Source: an uncultured Candidatus Actinomarina sp.
GTDB lineage: Bacteria > Actinomycetota > Acidimicrobiia > Actinomarinales > Actinomarinaceae
NCBI GenBank assembly: GCA_902587025.1
Contig: CACIJJ010000002.1
Coordinates: 23,473-87,472, forward strand
Length of the DNA: 64,000 nucleotides
Reading direction: 5' to 3'
Positions 29,457 through 39,449 of the stretch are shown here, one piece after another. Below the pieces are notes generated by a model, which saw nothing but the letters and a program-made list of their open reading frames with translations, did not search any database and was not told the origin of the DNA. The position numbers were made by a program, and so were the translations under genes. Position 1 is the stretch's first letter; each line of letters opens with the position of its first letter.

Positions 29457-31017
29457 TATCGTACTTTTTTACAATTAAAAATGAAATAGTTAGACAAACC
29501 AACAATACAAAGAAAAAATTAAATATTGGAATCTGATCAACATTATATAGCAGGGATTGAAAATCTGAATTGTCTCCAGGTAGTTTATTTGATATTAGAA
29601 AGTTAGTGAACACCTCTGGTTTAACAAATAATAAAATTATTTTAAATATAAATGCCCCAAAAAAACTTGTTGAAAATATTTTTAAATATGAATCAGTTTC
29701 TATAAAAGAACTTAGGAGTCCAAAAAGGTATTTAGAATTAACAAATTTTCTTTCAATTCCAAAGCTATTAATTTGATAATCCAAGGATAGCTGGGTACCA
29801 ATACTAGCTTCAAAGAAAACTACCCCAATAATTCCAAAAATAGAAAATAATTTTAAATAAATTTTTATATATTTTTTCTCAAAGTATTTACTTGTAAAAA
29901 ATAATAATGTTGACAGAGGTATTAAGTTAAGAAGATACCTGTAGCCATACGATGAAGCAGTCGATTGCCATAATAACACTATTCCGTAAATTTGTGAATA
30001 TGAAACAAAAATCAAGAATTTAAAAAGTAAATTTTTTTTTGTATTTACAATAATAATAAAAGCGATAATACTACCAAGAAAAACAATTGGATTGAACCAA
30101 ATCAAACCAAATTCTTGTCCAAAAAATATATTTTTTATTGCATTCAAATTTGTAATTAATAAACTACTAAAATCTTGGTTTGAAAAATATGAGCCAACCA
30201 CGTTAGATGTGTTATAAACTATTTGGGGGTTAAATACTAGGCTTCCATAAACACCTATAGATAAAAAACAAAAAATTAAAAAATTTATTACCAAAGATAT
30301 TTGAAACTTTAAGTCTTTGTAAACAGATTTTACAATATTTATTCTTTCTCTAGAAATACACTCAACAAGATAAGGGACAAATAAAACATACAGGTGCACC
30401 CATTTAGTTAAAATTGCAAGCAAAATTGAAATAGAGATAAAAATAGCATATTTTCCGTCCATTCTTGTTAGATGGTATTTAACAGTAAAATACATAACAC
30501 ATATAATTGAAAAAACTTCATAAACATGTGACATGCTGTACCTTTCAAACGCGAAGTATGACAATCCAGAACCAAAGATGATTAGGAATACCATATTAAA
30601 TTGATTTCTTATTTGTAATAATTCAAGTATTTTATTCATTAGAAATATAGAAAAAAACAGATACATTACAGAAGAAATCGAATAAAAAAGAATTTTTATG
30701 TTAAAAACATTACCCGATTGGCTCAAAACATTGTTTAGCAAATTCCCAATAAAAATAAATGGTGCAGAAAAAATTCCTGACCCAATGAATCCTGAAGGAG
30801 CACTAACTCCTTCTTTATAGAACCTAGCTTTTTCATTACCAGACAATTGATTAGAATAATCAAGGTCAAAGTCTAATGCAATAGTCTCAGCATGCATATA
30901 GTAATCATGATCATCTTTACAGCAATATATCTCTTCAATAAATCTGTAGTCTGTTTTTGTAATCAAAAGAAAAAAAAATGTAAAAAGAATTAATAATAAT
31001 TTTTTATTTAATATCAT
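29446..31017 (-). CDS. polytopic membrane protein, possible GtrC/GT-C-like glycosyltransferase
   Basis: 523 aa with more than 12 TM segments. Lies immediately downstream of, and overlaps by 14 nt, the GtrB-like GT2 at 31004-31978. Confidence 0.4.
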   Translation of the reverse strand: MILNKKLLLILFTFFFLLITKTDYRFIEEIYCCKDDHDYYMHAETIALDFDLDYSNQLSGNEKARFYKEGVSAPSGFIGSGIFSAPFIFIGNLLNNVLSQSGNVFNIKILFYSISSVMYLFFSIFLMNKILELLQIRNQFNMVFLIIFGSGLSYFAFERYSMSHVYEVFSIICVMYFTVKYHLTRMDGKYAIFISISILLAILTKWVHLYVLFVPYLVECISRERINIVKSVYKDLKFQISLVINFLIFCFLSIGVYGSLVFNPQIVYNTSNVVGSYFSNQDFSSLLITNLNAIKNIFFGQEFGLIWFNPIVFLGSIIAFIIIVNTKKNLLFKFLIFVSYSQIYGIVLLWQSTASSYGYRYLLNLIPLSTLLFFTSKYFEKKYIKIYLKLFSIFGIIGVVFFEASIGTQLSLDYQINSFGIERKFVNSKYLFGLLSSFIETDSYLKIFSTSFFGAFIFKIILLFVKPEVFTNFLISNKLPGDNSDFQSLLYNVDQIPIFNFFFVLLVCLTISFLIVKKYDTRA

Positions 31018-31978
31018 TATTTATTTTAGAAAAATTATTTTGATAGTAATCACTTTCAATTGATTGTGATCTATTGAATAGAAATATAAAAAACAAAAAA
31101 AACAAAAGACCAGTTAAAAACCAAGATGATTGTATCCCGATCTTGTTGCCATATCTTATATAAAAAAAGTTAATAAAACTGTAAATAGAAACTATAAATG
31201 AAAAGATTGAGGCAATATCTAAAAAAGAAGATGACTGAAGGTCTGAAAAATACAATTTCATTTTTATTTTTGCAAAGTAACTCTTTAATGTTGTGTATAT
31301 AAGTTTATAAAAGATTACGGAAGCTCTTAAACCACTTTTTTGCCCACCATATTCTACTTTATTTTGATATTGCCCAAATTTAATACTTTCAGTTACAATT
31401 TTTTTTGACATAAAAATTGTTAAAAAAAACGGATATCCATATCTGTAAAAAAATTTTGGCATTTCAAAATCACCTAAAGCTTTCTTTGATATCAAAAATA
31501 GACCGTTCAGTGGATCATTGATTTTCCAGTTGCCTGTAGCAATTTTTATTAGAATTGAAGCAAACGAATTACCAACATATCTTATAGTTGGAATTTCTCC
31601 AACAATACCTTCACTCCAGAATCTATCGCATTTAACAAAGTCGAATTGATTAGTTTCATTTAGTTTAATTAATCTAAGTACATCTTTTTTTGAGAACTGG
31701 TTATCCCCGTCAATTTTTATTACATAATCAGAATCACTTAATATAAATTGATTAATTCCAATTTCAAAAGACTTTCCAGCTCCAAGATTTTTTTGATTGT
31801 TGATTACATTTAAATTGGGGTATAAATTTTCTAGTTTTAATAAAATATTTTGAGTGGAATCTGTACTCTTATCGTTGACAACAATTATTTCATTAAATAA
31901 AGATGAATATGAATTTATTACATCATTTAAATATGATTCTTCATTGTAAGCCAAAACTAGTAATGATTTTTTCATCAA
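31004..31978 (-). CDS. GT2 glycosyltransferase with C-terminal TM anchor (GtrB-like bactoprenol-phosphate sugar transferase)
   Basis: LVLAYNEESYL, then VVNDKSTDST, then KIDGDNQF (DxD). Two C-terminal TM helices. Confidence 0.7.
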   Translation of the reverse strand: MMKKSLLVLAYNEESYLNDVINSYSSLFNEIIVVNDKSTDSTQNILLKLENLYPNLNVINNQKNLGAGKSFEIGINQFILSDSDYVIKIDGDNQFSKKDVLRLIKLNETNQFDFVKCDRFWSEGIVGEIPTIRYVGNSFASILIKIATGNWKINDPLNGLFLISKKALGDFEMPKFFYRYGYPFFLTIFMSKKIVTESIKFGQYQNKVEYGGQKSGLRASVIFYKLIYTTLKSYFAKIKMKLYFSDLQSSSFLDIASIFSFIVSIYSFINFFYIRYGNKIGIQSSWFLTGLLFFLFFIFLFNRSQSIESDYYQNNFSKINNDIK

Positions 31979-31991
31979 CCTTTTATTCCAA

Positions 31992-32831
31992 TCATATACT
32001 TAATTTTCTATAAATTTTAAAAATTAAAAATGAAAGAAAATCTGAAATCATGGTAATTATTCTGTATTGCATAAAAAGTACCAAAATGAATTCTTCACTA
32101 AAATTATTGCTAAGTAATAATACTGATACATATTCTCTTATTCCTATTCCAGCAGGTGAACCAATTGCAAAAAAAGCTATTAGAGATGAAAGAATAAAAG
32201 CAAACACTGAGGAAGTCAGCAATTCGCCATAAGACAATATATTAAATGATAGAAGTGAAAGAAATGACAAATAATAAAATCCCACATAGCAGATTAAGAC
32301 TTTCTTATTTTTGAATATTAGGAAGGTAGTATATAAAACTAAGAATATATTCAATAATATAAAATTATTAAGTAGGTTGTTATCCAGAAAGAAAAAAATG
32401 CTAAATAATGATGCTGTAAAAATAATAAAAATTTGCTCTTTTACTGTTAATTTTGAATATGTAGGTAAATTAATTTCATGGTTGTTTATTTTCAAATAAT
32501 TATATCTTAATAAAGCTGGAGTAATTTTAAAGGGAACATATTTTCCGAGAATTGAGTAGTACCAAGATTTCAAATATATATTATTTTTTAAACCTTGTCC
32601 GTTATTTAAAAAAGACCAACCAAGTGCTAAAAAGAAAATTCCACAAATGTAGATAATTACTGAAATTAATAAAGCTAAATAATTTAACTCTAAGATATAA
32701 TTTATTTGGTCAGACAATATATTTGAAATATAGAATAAACTAACAACAGAAACCACAAAATTAAAATATTTAAAAAATTTATTATTGAATAATCTTTTAA
32801 ATAAATTTAATATTTTGTATTTATCAATCAT
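31992..32831 (-). CDS. membrane protein, possibly flippase-like (UPF0104/LPG-synthase TM family)
   Basis: 279 aa with about 8 TM segments. Cotranscribed upstream of the GtrB-like GT2. Confidence 0.3.
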   Translation of the reverse strand: MIDKYKILNLFKRLFNNKFFKYFNFVVSVVSLFYISNILSDQINYILELNYLALLISVIIYICGIFFLALGWSFLNNGQGLKNNIYLKSWYYSILGKYVPFKITPALLRYNYLKINNHEINLPTYSKLTVKEQIFIIFTASLFSIFFFLDNNLLNNFILLNIFLVLYTTFLIFKNKKVLICYVGFYYLSFLSLLSFNILSYGELLTSSVFAFILSSLIAFFAIGSPAGIGIREYVSVLLLSNNFSEEFILVLFMQYRIITMISDFLSFLIFKIYRKLSI

Positions 32832-33669
32832 TTAATTTTTTTAAAACAGCAACTGCCATATTTGGATTCTTATAAATTTTAGCTTCGAAGTCTTCCTTAA
32901 CTAAATTTATAGCTACATTTAGCAATGGAAGATTGTCTAGTCGTATATCTTCTATTATCAACAAACCATCTTCTACTAATATATTTTTTGCTATGAAAAT
33001 AGAATTAATATTTGAAATTATAGAATGAAAACCATCATCAATTATTACGTCAAATTTAAAAGAAAATTTAGTAATAAACTCTTGAATCGAAATTTTATCT
33101 AATTGATCTAAGTAAAGAGTGTTTATATTTTTGTCTTGAAAAAGTATTTTTTCATCAATATCAGCACCCCAAATTTCTGACTGTGGAAGAAAATCCCTAA
33201 ATGCAAATAACGATGCTCCAGGATTTCCTAATTTTGACATGTTAGACATAATTTCTGTGTTATTAGTGCCAAGGCCAATCTCAAGTAAATTTTTAATTTT
33301 TTGTTGATTTAAATATTTTGCATAAACCAAATGATAGTTGTGAGTTGCTTTATCAGATTTATATTTTTGAAATAACTCCTTTAATAATTGAGATTCATTG
33401 GATGGTGTAATCTCATCTATATCTTGTTGGTGTAGTGGTTGCTTGATTAAAGAATTTAGTACTGGCGAATAATTTTTTATCGAAAAAATAGTGTTTTTTG
33501 ATCTGCCCGAGATTGTTCCTGTTACATTTGGAGAATATTCAAAAAACTCTTTTATAATATTAATTTTGATATATTCACTTCTAAATTTTTTATTAATGTA
33601 GTTACGCATTGGACCAGAATTATTAAATAATTTAGGAAAATATTTTTTTATGAATTGTTTAAAGTTCAT
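32824..33669 (-). CDS. class I SAM-dependent methyltransferase (paralog of 11169-11984)
   Basis: LLEIGLGTNNTEIMSNMSKLGNPGASLFAFRDF...GADIDEKILF...IIDDGFHS, colinear with the 11169 ORF. Confidence 0.55.
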   Translation of the reverse strand: MNFKQFIKKYFPKLFNNSGPMRNYINKKFRSEYIKINIIKEFFEYSPNVTGTISGRSKNTIFSIKNYSPVLNSLIKQPLHQQDIDEITPSNESQLLKELFQKYKSDKATHNYHLVYAKYLNQQKIKNLLEIGLGTNNTEIMSNMSKLGNPGASLFAFRDFLPQSEIWGADIDEKILFQDKNINTLYLDQLDKISIQEFITKFSFKFDVIIDDGFHSIISNINSIFIAKNILVEDGLLIIEDIRLDNLPLLNVAINLVKEDFEAKIYKNPNMAVAVLKKLND

Positions 33670-33699
33670 TTTTGACTGGCCTCATTAACTTAACTAAAT

Positions 33700-34677
33700 T
33701 TATTTCTTAGAAGTTACTAAAGATTTTATACTTACTTTAAAGAATTCTAGTGGATAGTCATAGTCAAAAATTCTTAAATTAATTAAATTTTTTATAATAA
33801 AAAAGAAGCTTGAAAGTTTTTTGTTTGTGACAACATGATATTTTTTGGAACTAATTTCTCTGAACTCATCTTGATAAAAGTTAGAATTTTTATATTGTAT
33901 AAATTCTAAATTCCAAGGTTTACCTTTTCCACTAAAATGTAAAAAGCAAATATTTTCTTTCACATATTCGTAGGTATAACTTGGATTATCAAAGATTCCA
34001 AGATTAAAATTAAGACTATTACTCATATCCATAAAGTTATTGTCGAAAGCTTTATTCAGAAGATCTTGATCCCAGTAGATGATATTCTTTTTGTATTTTT
34101 CCAAAATACTTAAAAGACTTTTTTGAGTATCATTATCTTTCCACATATTAAAGTTCATTACTAATACACCCGCATTAAAATAATTGTTTCCTTTTAGGTC
34201 AAGTCTTCTAAAAAACTTTTCTGCTTCTTCTTTTGTCCAATTTTCATAATCATTTCTCATACCTTCTGTTCTGGCTGCAACTGGCTTTACTGTATTTTTC
34301 AAATTTAGGATTGTTTCATGAAGTAAAGGTAGGGGATTATTAAGACAAATAATATCTGCATCGAGATAAATTAAAAAATCTATATCTACATCAACATATT
34401 CTTCAGCAAATATTCGATAGTAAGTTGCTTCAGAGACGTGTGCGTTTTTCAATTTAGGAAAATCATGATTTTTTAATTTAAATTCAGAAATTTTTATATC
34501 ATTAATATTTTCATTTTTAATAATGGCATTGTAATAATTAATAAATGAAGCAGGGTTTTTATGGATAATATAAATATTGACTTTTTCGTCAATATTTTTT
34601 AAGAGAGAGTTTATTGAGACAAAAGCTTGGGTATTATAATTTTCATCAAAACAATATAAAAAATTTAAATGGCTCAT
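33700..34677 (-). CDS. GT8 glycosyltransferase (LPS alpha-1,3/1,2-glycosyltransferase RfaJ/WaaJ-like)
   Basis: CFDENYNTQAFVSINS, then IYLDADIICL (DxD), then YFNAGVLVMN, the GT8 signature blocks. Confidence 0.7.
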   Translation of the reverse strand: MSHLNFLYCFDENYNTQAFVSINSLLKNIDEKVNIYIIHKNPASFINYYNAIIKNENINDIKISEFKLKNHDFPKLKNAHVSEATYYRIFAEEYVDVDIDFLIYLDADIICLNNPLPLLHETILNLKNTVKPVAARTEGMRNDYENWTKEEAEKFFRRLDLKGNNYFNAGVLVMNFNMWKDNDTQKSLLSILEKYKKNIIYWDQDLLNKAFDNNFMDMSNSLNFNLGIFDNPSYTYEYVKENICFLHFSGKGKPWNLEFIQYKNSNFYQDEFREISSKKYHVVTNKKLSSFFFIIKNLINLRIFDYDYPLEFFKVSIKSLVTSKK

Positions 34678-34870
34678 ATTTTATCCTTTGTCATTTTAGT
34701 ATTGTTCGACAACCAAATAACTCTTGTGATTATTTTTGTTTTAGGTTTTCCGCAAAAAAAGTTGAAACATTTTTATGTAGCAATGACTATAATTATCTGC
34801 AACCACACATTAAGCAACAGTATGATTCAAATAAAAGTTAACTTGAGTACATACACTTTGAAAGACCGAT

Positions 34871-35611
34871 ATGAAAATTAATTCTGTAGCAATTCTTGCC
34901 GGGGGAAAAGGGAGTCGCTTAAAAGAATTGACTACATCAATTCCAAAACCAATGGTTAGTGTGTTAGGGAAACCACTTATTTTTTATATTGTTGATCATT
35001 ATGTATCATTTGGTGTATCGAAAATTTATTTACTGACTGGGTATAAGCACAAATATATTTTAGATTATTTTAGAGAACATTTTAATGAGACTTCACCAAA
35101 TAAATTTGAATATTATCAATCCGATGTCATTATTGAAATTTGCTATACCGGTGTAAAAACAATGACTGGAGGTAGGATAAAAAAAGTTTTAAATAAAATA
35201 GAAGAGCAAGATTTCTTTTTAACTTATGGAGATGGTATTTCAAATATAGACTTAAATAAATTATCTAAATTCCACGATAAACATAAACCCATAGTTACAG
35301 TAACTGCTGTTAGGCCGCCTGCACGCTTTGGTAGTTTAGATATAAAAGGATCAATTGTTGAAAGTTTTGGGGAAAAAAAACAAACTTCTTCAGGGTGGAT
35401 AAATGGAGGATTTTTTATAGTTAATAAAAAAGTTGATAGGTATATTAGGTCTTATGATCAACCATTTGAAGAATATCCACTAAGAAAATTAGCATCATCA
35501 TCTAATCTTATTGCTTTTAAACATTACGGTATTTGGCAATGTGCAGATACTTTAAGAGAGATTGAAATTTTAGAAGAAATAATAAAGGATAATATTTTTT
35601 TTAAAAAATAA
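34871..35611 (+). CDS. rfbF: glucose-1-phosphate cytidylyltransferase
   Basis: VAILAGGKGSRLKELTTSIPKPMV...GKPLIFYIVDHY matches the RfbF/DdhA N-terminus. 246 aa. Confidence 0.75.
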   Translation: MKINSVAILAGGKGSRLKELTTSIPKPMVSVLGKPLIFYIVDHYVSFGVSKIYLLTGYKHKYILDYFREHFNETSPNKFEYYQSDVIIEICYTGVKTMTGGRIKKVLNKIEEQDFFLTYGDGISNIDLNKLSKFHDKHKPIVTVTAVRPPARFGSLDIKGSIVESFGEKKQTSSGWINGGFFIVNKKVDRYIRSYDQPFEEYPLRKLASSSNLIAFKHYGIWQCADTLREIEILEEIIKDNIFFKK

Positions 35612-35649
35612 GTATTAAATCTTTTATAAATACTTTAAGCTAGTTTTTA

Positions 35650-36027
35650 ATGAAAAACATTACAAAATTTTCAGTTATTTCAATTTCTTCTTATTTAGCA
35701 ATTCAAAATAGTGAGTTTATCGATGTTGGGCAACTAATCGGTGATATTGAAAGGTTTTATACTTTTGAAAATTTACAATTGAGTTATATTTATTTTTTAA
35801 TAAGTATTTTAATCTCTTGCTTAACTTTGTATCTTATGTATTTCTTGAAGCCTTTTATTGAGATATATTTGTTGTATTATTTTAGATTCAGTTTTTATTT
35901 TCTGATTAATTTATTATCTATTTCAACAGTATTTATTATTTTAAGAATTTATGGATATTCAAGGCTAAATTTATTGATCTATTTAATTTTTTCATCCTTT
36001 GTTTTCACTTTTTTTGCAAGAAAGTAG
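35650..36027 (+). CDS. small hypothetical membrane protein
   Basis: 125 aa with 3-4 TM segments. Confidence 0.3.
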   Translation: MKNITKFSVISISSYLAIQNSEFIDVGQLIGDIERFYTFENLQLSYIYFLISILISCLTLYLMYFLKPFIEIYLLYYFRFSFYFLINLLSISTVFIILRIYGYSRLNLLIYLIFSSFVFTFFARK

Positions 36028-36101
36028 GCTCATGATAGGTGAAAAATATCATTTTTTTAAAAATCAAATTAACAGTATCTAAGATAGTTATACACTAAGT
36101 A

Positions 36102-37295
36102 ATGAATAAAATAACAAAACTAACTTCGTTAATAAAAATTTCTTTCGATATTGTTATTGACATAATCTTTATTATCTATTCAATAATTTATAATCTAATT
36201 TTTTTCAGAAGAGCATTTGATTATCAAAACATTATCGTAACTGCTTCTGACAAATATTATTATGATGATTTAATTGATTTTTTAGTTTTTTTTGAAGGTA
36301 AAAAATATTTTACAGATGTTTTTGTTTACGATTTAGGGTTAACTGAGGACCAGATTAAAAACATACAACGAATGTTTCCGTTTATAAATCTTTATAAATT
36401 TAAATTTGAAAATTATCCAGCATTTATTGGACATAGAGATTCAGATACAAAATTAGGTGGTTACGCATGGAAACCTTTGATAATTCAAGATGTCTATTTG
36501 AAAAGTAATAAGACTGTCTTTTGGTTTGATACAGGTACACGCAGCAACAGATTTTTTATCAACTCTTTAATAACGATAAAACATCGTGGGTATTTTTCTA
36601 CATACAGCCCAGGAACAATACAAGATTGGACCATAAAAAGCGTTGTTAAAAAGCTAAATGTATCTGAAAAAGATTTAAGAAAAAGAAACTTAAATGGGGC
36701 AATAGTTGGATTTAAACAAGGAGATACAAAAGCCAAAAAACTCTTAGACGATTGGGTGAACTTATCTTTAAAAAAAGAGCTTATCGTTCCTAATGACAAC
36801 TCAAGAAAAAATCACCGTCACGATCAATCATTATTAACCATATTGTCTTACAGAATAAGCCCAAACTTTTTTGCTAGAAATAAATTTATGTATGGAATAA
36901 AAATTCATCAACATTCAAAAAGAGTAATATATATTCACGATAAATTATTAAACAATAAAATGAAAAAGTTTAGAGAAAATTGGTATAAACAAAACCAAAG
37001 CATTTCAACAAATACTTTTAAAAAATCGAAAATAGTTATTTTTTTAAATATTGATCAATTCAGAACGATTAAAAATTATAAATTTAAAAATAAGTTAATC
37101 ATAGTTGTGCTTGAAAGCTTTTCAGAAGTTTTAGTATTAGAAAATTATTTAGCAAGAAAAAAACTGAATGTAAATGTTTTATTAGATTCTGATGATGAGA
37201 TTAATAATAATTTAAATTTTCCAATCTTTAGATTAAAACTAACAGAAGAAAATCTTAAAAACTTTCTGTTCAATGGGGAGAAAAGTTATTCTTAA
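36102..37295 (+). CDS. hypothetical protein, possibly GT-A-like glycosyltransferase
   Basis: 397 aa. N-terminal TM. No diagnostic motif. Confidence 0.3.
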   Translation: MNKITKLTSLIKISFDIVIDIIFIIYSIIYNLIFFRRAFDYQNIIVTASDKYYYDDLIDFLVFFEGKKYFTDVFVYDLGLTEDQIKNIQRMFPFINLYKFKFENYPAFIGHRDSDTKLGGYAWKPLIIQDVYLKSNKTVFWFDTGTRSNRFFINSLITIKHRGYFSTYSPGTIQDWTIKSVVKKLNVSEKDLRKRNLNGAIVGFKQGDTKAKKLLDDWVNLSLKKELIVPNDNSRKNHRHDQSLLTILSYRISPNFFARNKFMYGIKIHQHSKRVIYIHDKLLNNKMKKFRENWYKQNQSISTNTFKKSKIVIFLNIDQFRTIKNYKFKNKLIIVVLESFSEVLVLENYLARKKLNVNVLLDSDDEINNNLNFPIFRLKLTEENLKNFLFNGEKSYS

Positions 37296-37299
37296 TTTT

Positions 37300-38523
37300 T
37301 TAATTATTAAATAAGTGTTTGTAAAACTGATAATTTACTGATTCCAATAAATATTTTTTACTATCTTTCTCTGCCTCTACTTTTATGTTCATTAGATTAT
37401 CTTTTCTTTTAAAAATATATTTTATTTTTTGACTTAGTTCGAAATTTGTATCTGAATCAAATAAAAAACCATTTTTGCCGTCATTTATGATCTCTCCAGC
37501 GTTACTTTGAAAACTTGAAAGAGTAGCGTTTCCAAAGTACATCGATTCCATTAATACGACTGGAAGGCCTTCTACATCTCCTCCTTTTGTAACTATTGAA
37601 GGCACTACTATTAAGTCAGCAATTTCATATATATATTTTAATTTAGGTATATCATTAAAAAATTTTATAATTTTTACATTCTTAGTAAGGCCATGTTTAT
37701 CAATTAGCCTGAAATATTCATTAACTAACGAGCCTGAACCACAAATAATTAATACAATTTCATCAAGTATTTCTGGAATTTCTTTCAGAGAATTTATTAA
37801 GGATTCAACACCTTTTTTTTTGGCAAATCTACCAGCGTAAACAATTTTAAATTTATCATGGTATTTTGAGATTTCAATAATTTCGGTAGATTCGATAGAT
37901 TCAAATTTATTGCTATTAACCCCCATGGGGATAATTTTGCTTTTGTCTTGGTTCCAATTCTTTTTTTTAATATTTCGTTTTAGCTTGTATTCAGTGTTTT
38001 TAGAATCAAAAGTAAATGATTTTGCATTTTTAACAATCGTATTTAATAATAGTTTTCCAATTACAGGTAATTTAGTCAATATCTCAGCATCATGTGCATG
38101 ACTTGTAAATACAAAAGGTACTCTTGTCAACTTAAAGCAAATTAAAGCAATTAATGCTTGAGGCATAACCCAATGTGCATAAATTAAATCAGGTTTTAAT
38201 TTATTAATTAGCTTTAAAGTTGCCAATAGCTGTGATATTAAAAAGAATGGAATAACCAGTGTATAGAGAAAATTTTTTCTTAAAACCGGCAAGATCCCTT
38301 CACCAGCAAGTTTTTCAAATCTAGAGAAAAAGTATCTAAATCTATATTCGTTAAAATATAAATTTTCTGAATATTTTTTATTTTGATAAGATGGCGCAAG
38401 AACAGTAAATTCTATATCATTATTTTTCTTTTTTAACTCTACTATTTGATCCATGACAAAACTTGGAGTGGGATCATTATTGCTAAGTGGAAAAGTAGAC
38501 GCTAAAACTATAATTTTTTTCAT
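37300..38523 (-). CDS. GT4 (GT-B fold) glycosyltransferase
   Basis: VTKGGDVEGLPVVLMESMYFGNATLSS. 407 aa. Confidence 0.6.
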   Translation of the reverse strand: MKKIIVLASTFPLSNNDPTPSFVMDQIVELKKKNNDIEFTVLAPSYQNKKYSENLYFNEYRFRYFFSRFEKLAGEGILPVLRKNFLYTLVIPFFLISQLLATLKLINKLKPDLIYAHWVMPQALIALICFKLTRVPFVFTSHAHDAEILTKLPVIGKLLLNTIVKNAKSFTFDSKNTEYKLKRNIKKKNWNQDKSKIIPMGVNSNKFESIESTEIIEISKYHDKFKIVYAGRFAKKKGVESLINSLKEIPEILDEIVLIICGSGSLVNEYFRLIDKHGLTKNVKIIKFFNDIPKLKYIYEIADLIVVPSIVTKGGDVEGLPVVLMESMYFGNATLSSFQSNAGEIINDGKNGFLFDSDTNFELSQKIKYIFKRKDNLMNIKVEAEKDSKKYLLESVNYQFYKHLFNN

Positions 38524-38585
38524 ACTCTGTCTAGGTTAAATAAAACTTTATAATACCTTATTACATATTAATATTTTAATTAATC

Positions 38586-39449
38586 ATGAGTGCAGAGATA
38601 AATTTTGTAATTACTGGCAGCGAAGGTTTTTTGTCAAAAAATTTCATTTATTTTCTTTCGGATACAAAATTTAATTTTTACAAGGTTTCACATAAAAGTT
38701 TTGATGAAGATATCCACAATATCAAGAAACTAAAACTTAAGAACATAATTTTAATTCATAACGCATTTTTGCATCCCAGTATATTAAGGAATAAAAATCA
38801 TGATTTTTTTAAAAACAAATCCAATGAACTTTTTTATAAAATTGTAGAATTTATTACCCATAATGATATTTATAGTATTTTTTACCCATCCTCAGGTTCT
38901 ACTAAAAAGTTTAGGGACATTGATAACAATTTATTTAAACCTTATGCAGATCAAAAAATTTATGAAAAAGCTCAGTTAAATAACTTAAGTAAGGATTTGG
39001 GCTTTAAAATAATGGTTCCTATTATTTACTCTTCAATTGGACCATTTGGAAAATATAATAGAAACTCTTCCCTCTCTTCAATTCCATATAATGCTTTTCT
39101 TGGCAATGAAATAAACATCCTAGACAAAACTAACAATACTTATTCAATAACCTGTATAGAAGATTTAGTTAAACTGTCTATAAAAGCATTGTCAGATCCA
39201 ATTAGTGAATCGAATCTTGTTCTTGATGTAGGGAGTGAAATTTTAAATATTAAGGATTTCATAGATATGAATATTAATATTTTTGGATTAGATCCAAATA
39301 AAGTCAAATTTAACTTTGAAGATGTCGCCCTACAAAATTATTTTTCAGATAATTCAAAATATTTAGAACTTTTAAAATATTATTCAATAAGAAATACTAA
39401 AGTAAGCGACTACTTGACCTACTTAAAAAAGTATTTTGAAACTTTGTAA
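38586..39449 (+). CDS. extended-SDR NAD(P)-dependent sugar epimerase/reductase-like protein
   Basis: N-terminal VITGSEGFLS (Rossmann) and YADQK (YxxxK). Confidence 0.4.
   Translation: MSAEINFVITGSEGFLSKNFIYFLSDTKFNFYKVSHKSFDEDIHNIKKLKLKNIILIHNAFLHPSILRNKNHDFFKNKSNELFYKIVEFITHNDIYSIFYPSSGSTKKFRDIDNNLFKPYADQKIYEKAQLNNLSKDLGFKIMVPIIYSSIGPFGKYNRNSSLSSIPYNAFLGNEINILDKTNNTYSITCIEDLVKLSIKALSDPISESNLVLDVGSEILNIKDFIDMNINIFGLDPNKVKFNFEDVALQNYFSDNSKYLELLKYYSIRNTKVSDYLTYLKKYFETL

Noticed and set aside
34614-34881. Two overlapping 70-75-aa ORFs in the GT8/rfbF intergenic region
   Set aside because: The region is the divergent promoter space between 34677(-) and 34871(+). The ORFs overlap the GT8 start and each other, and lack conservation signals.
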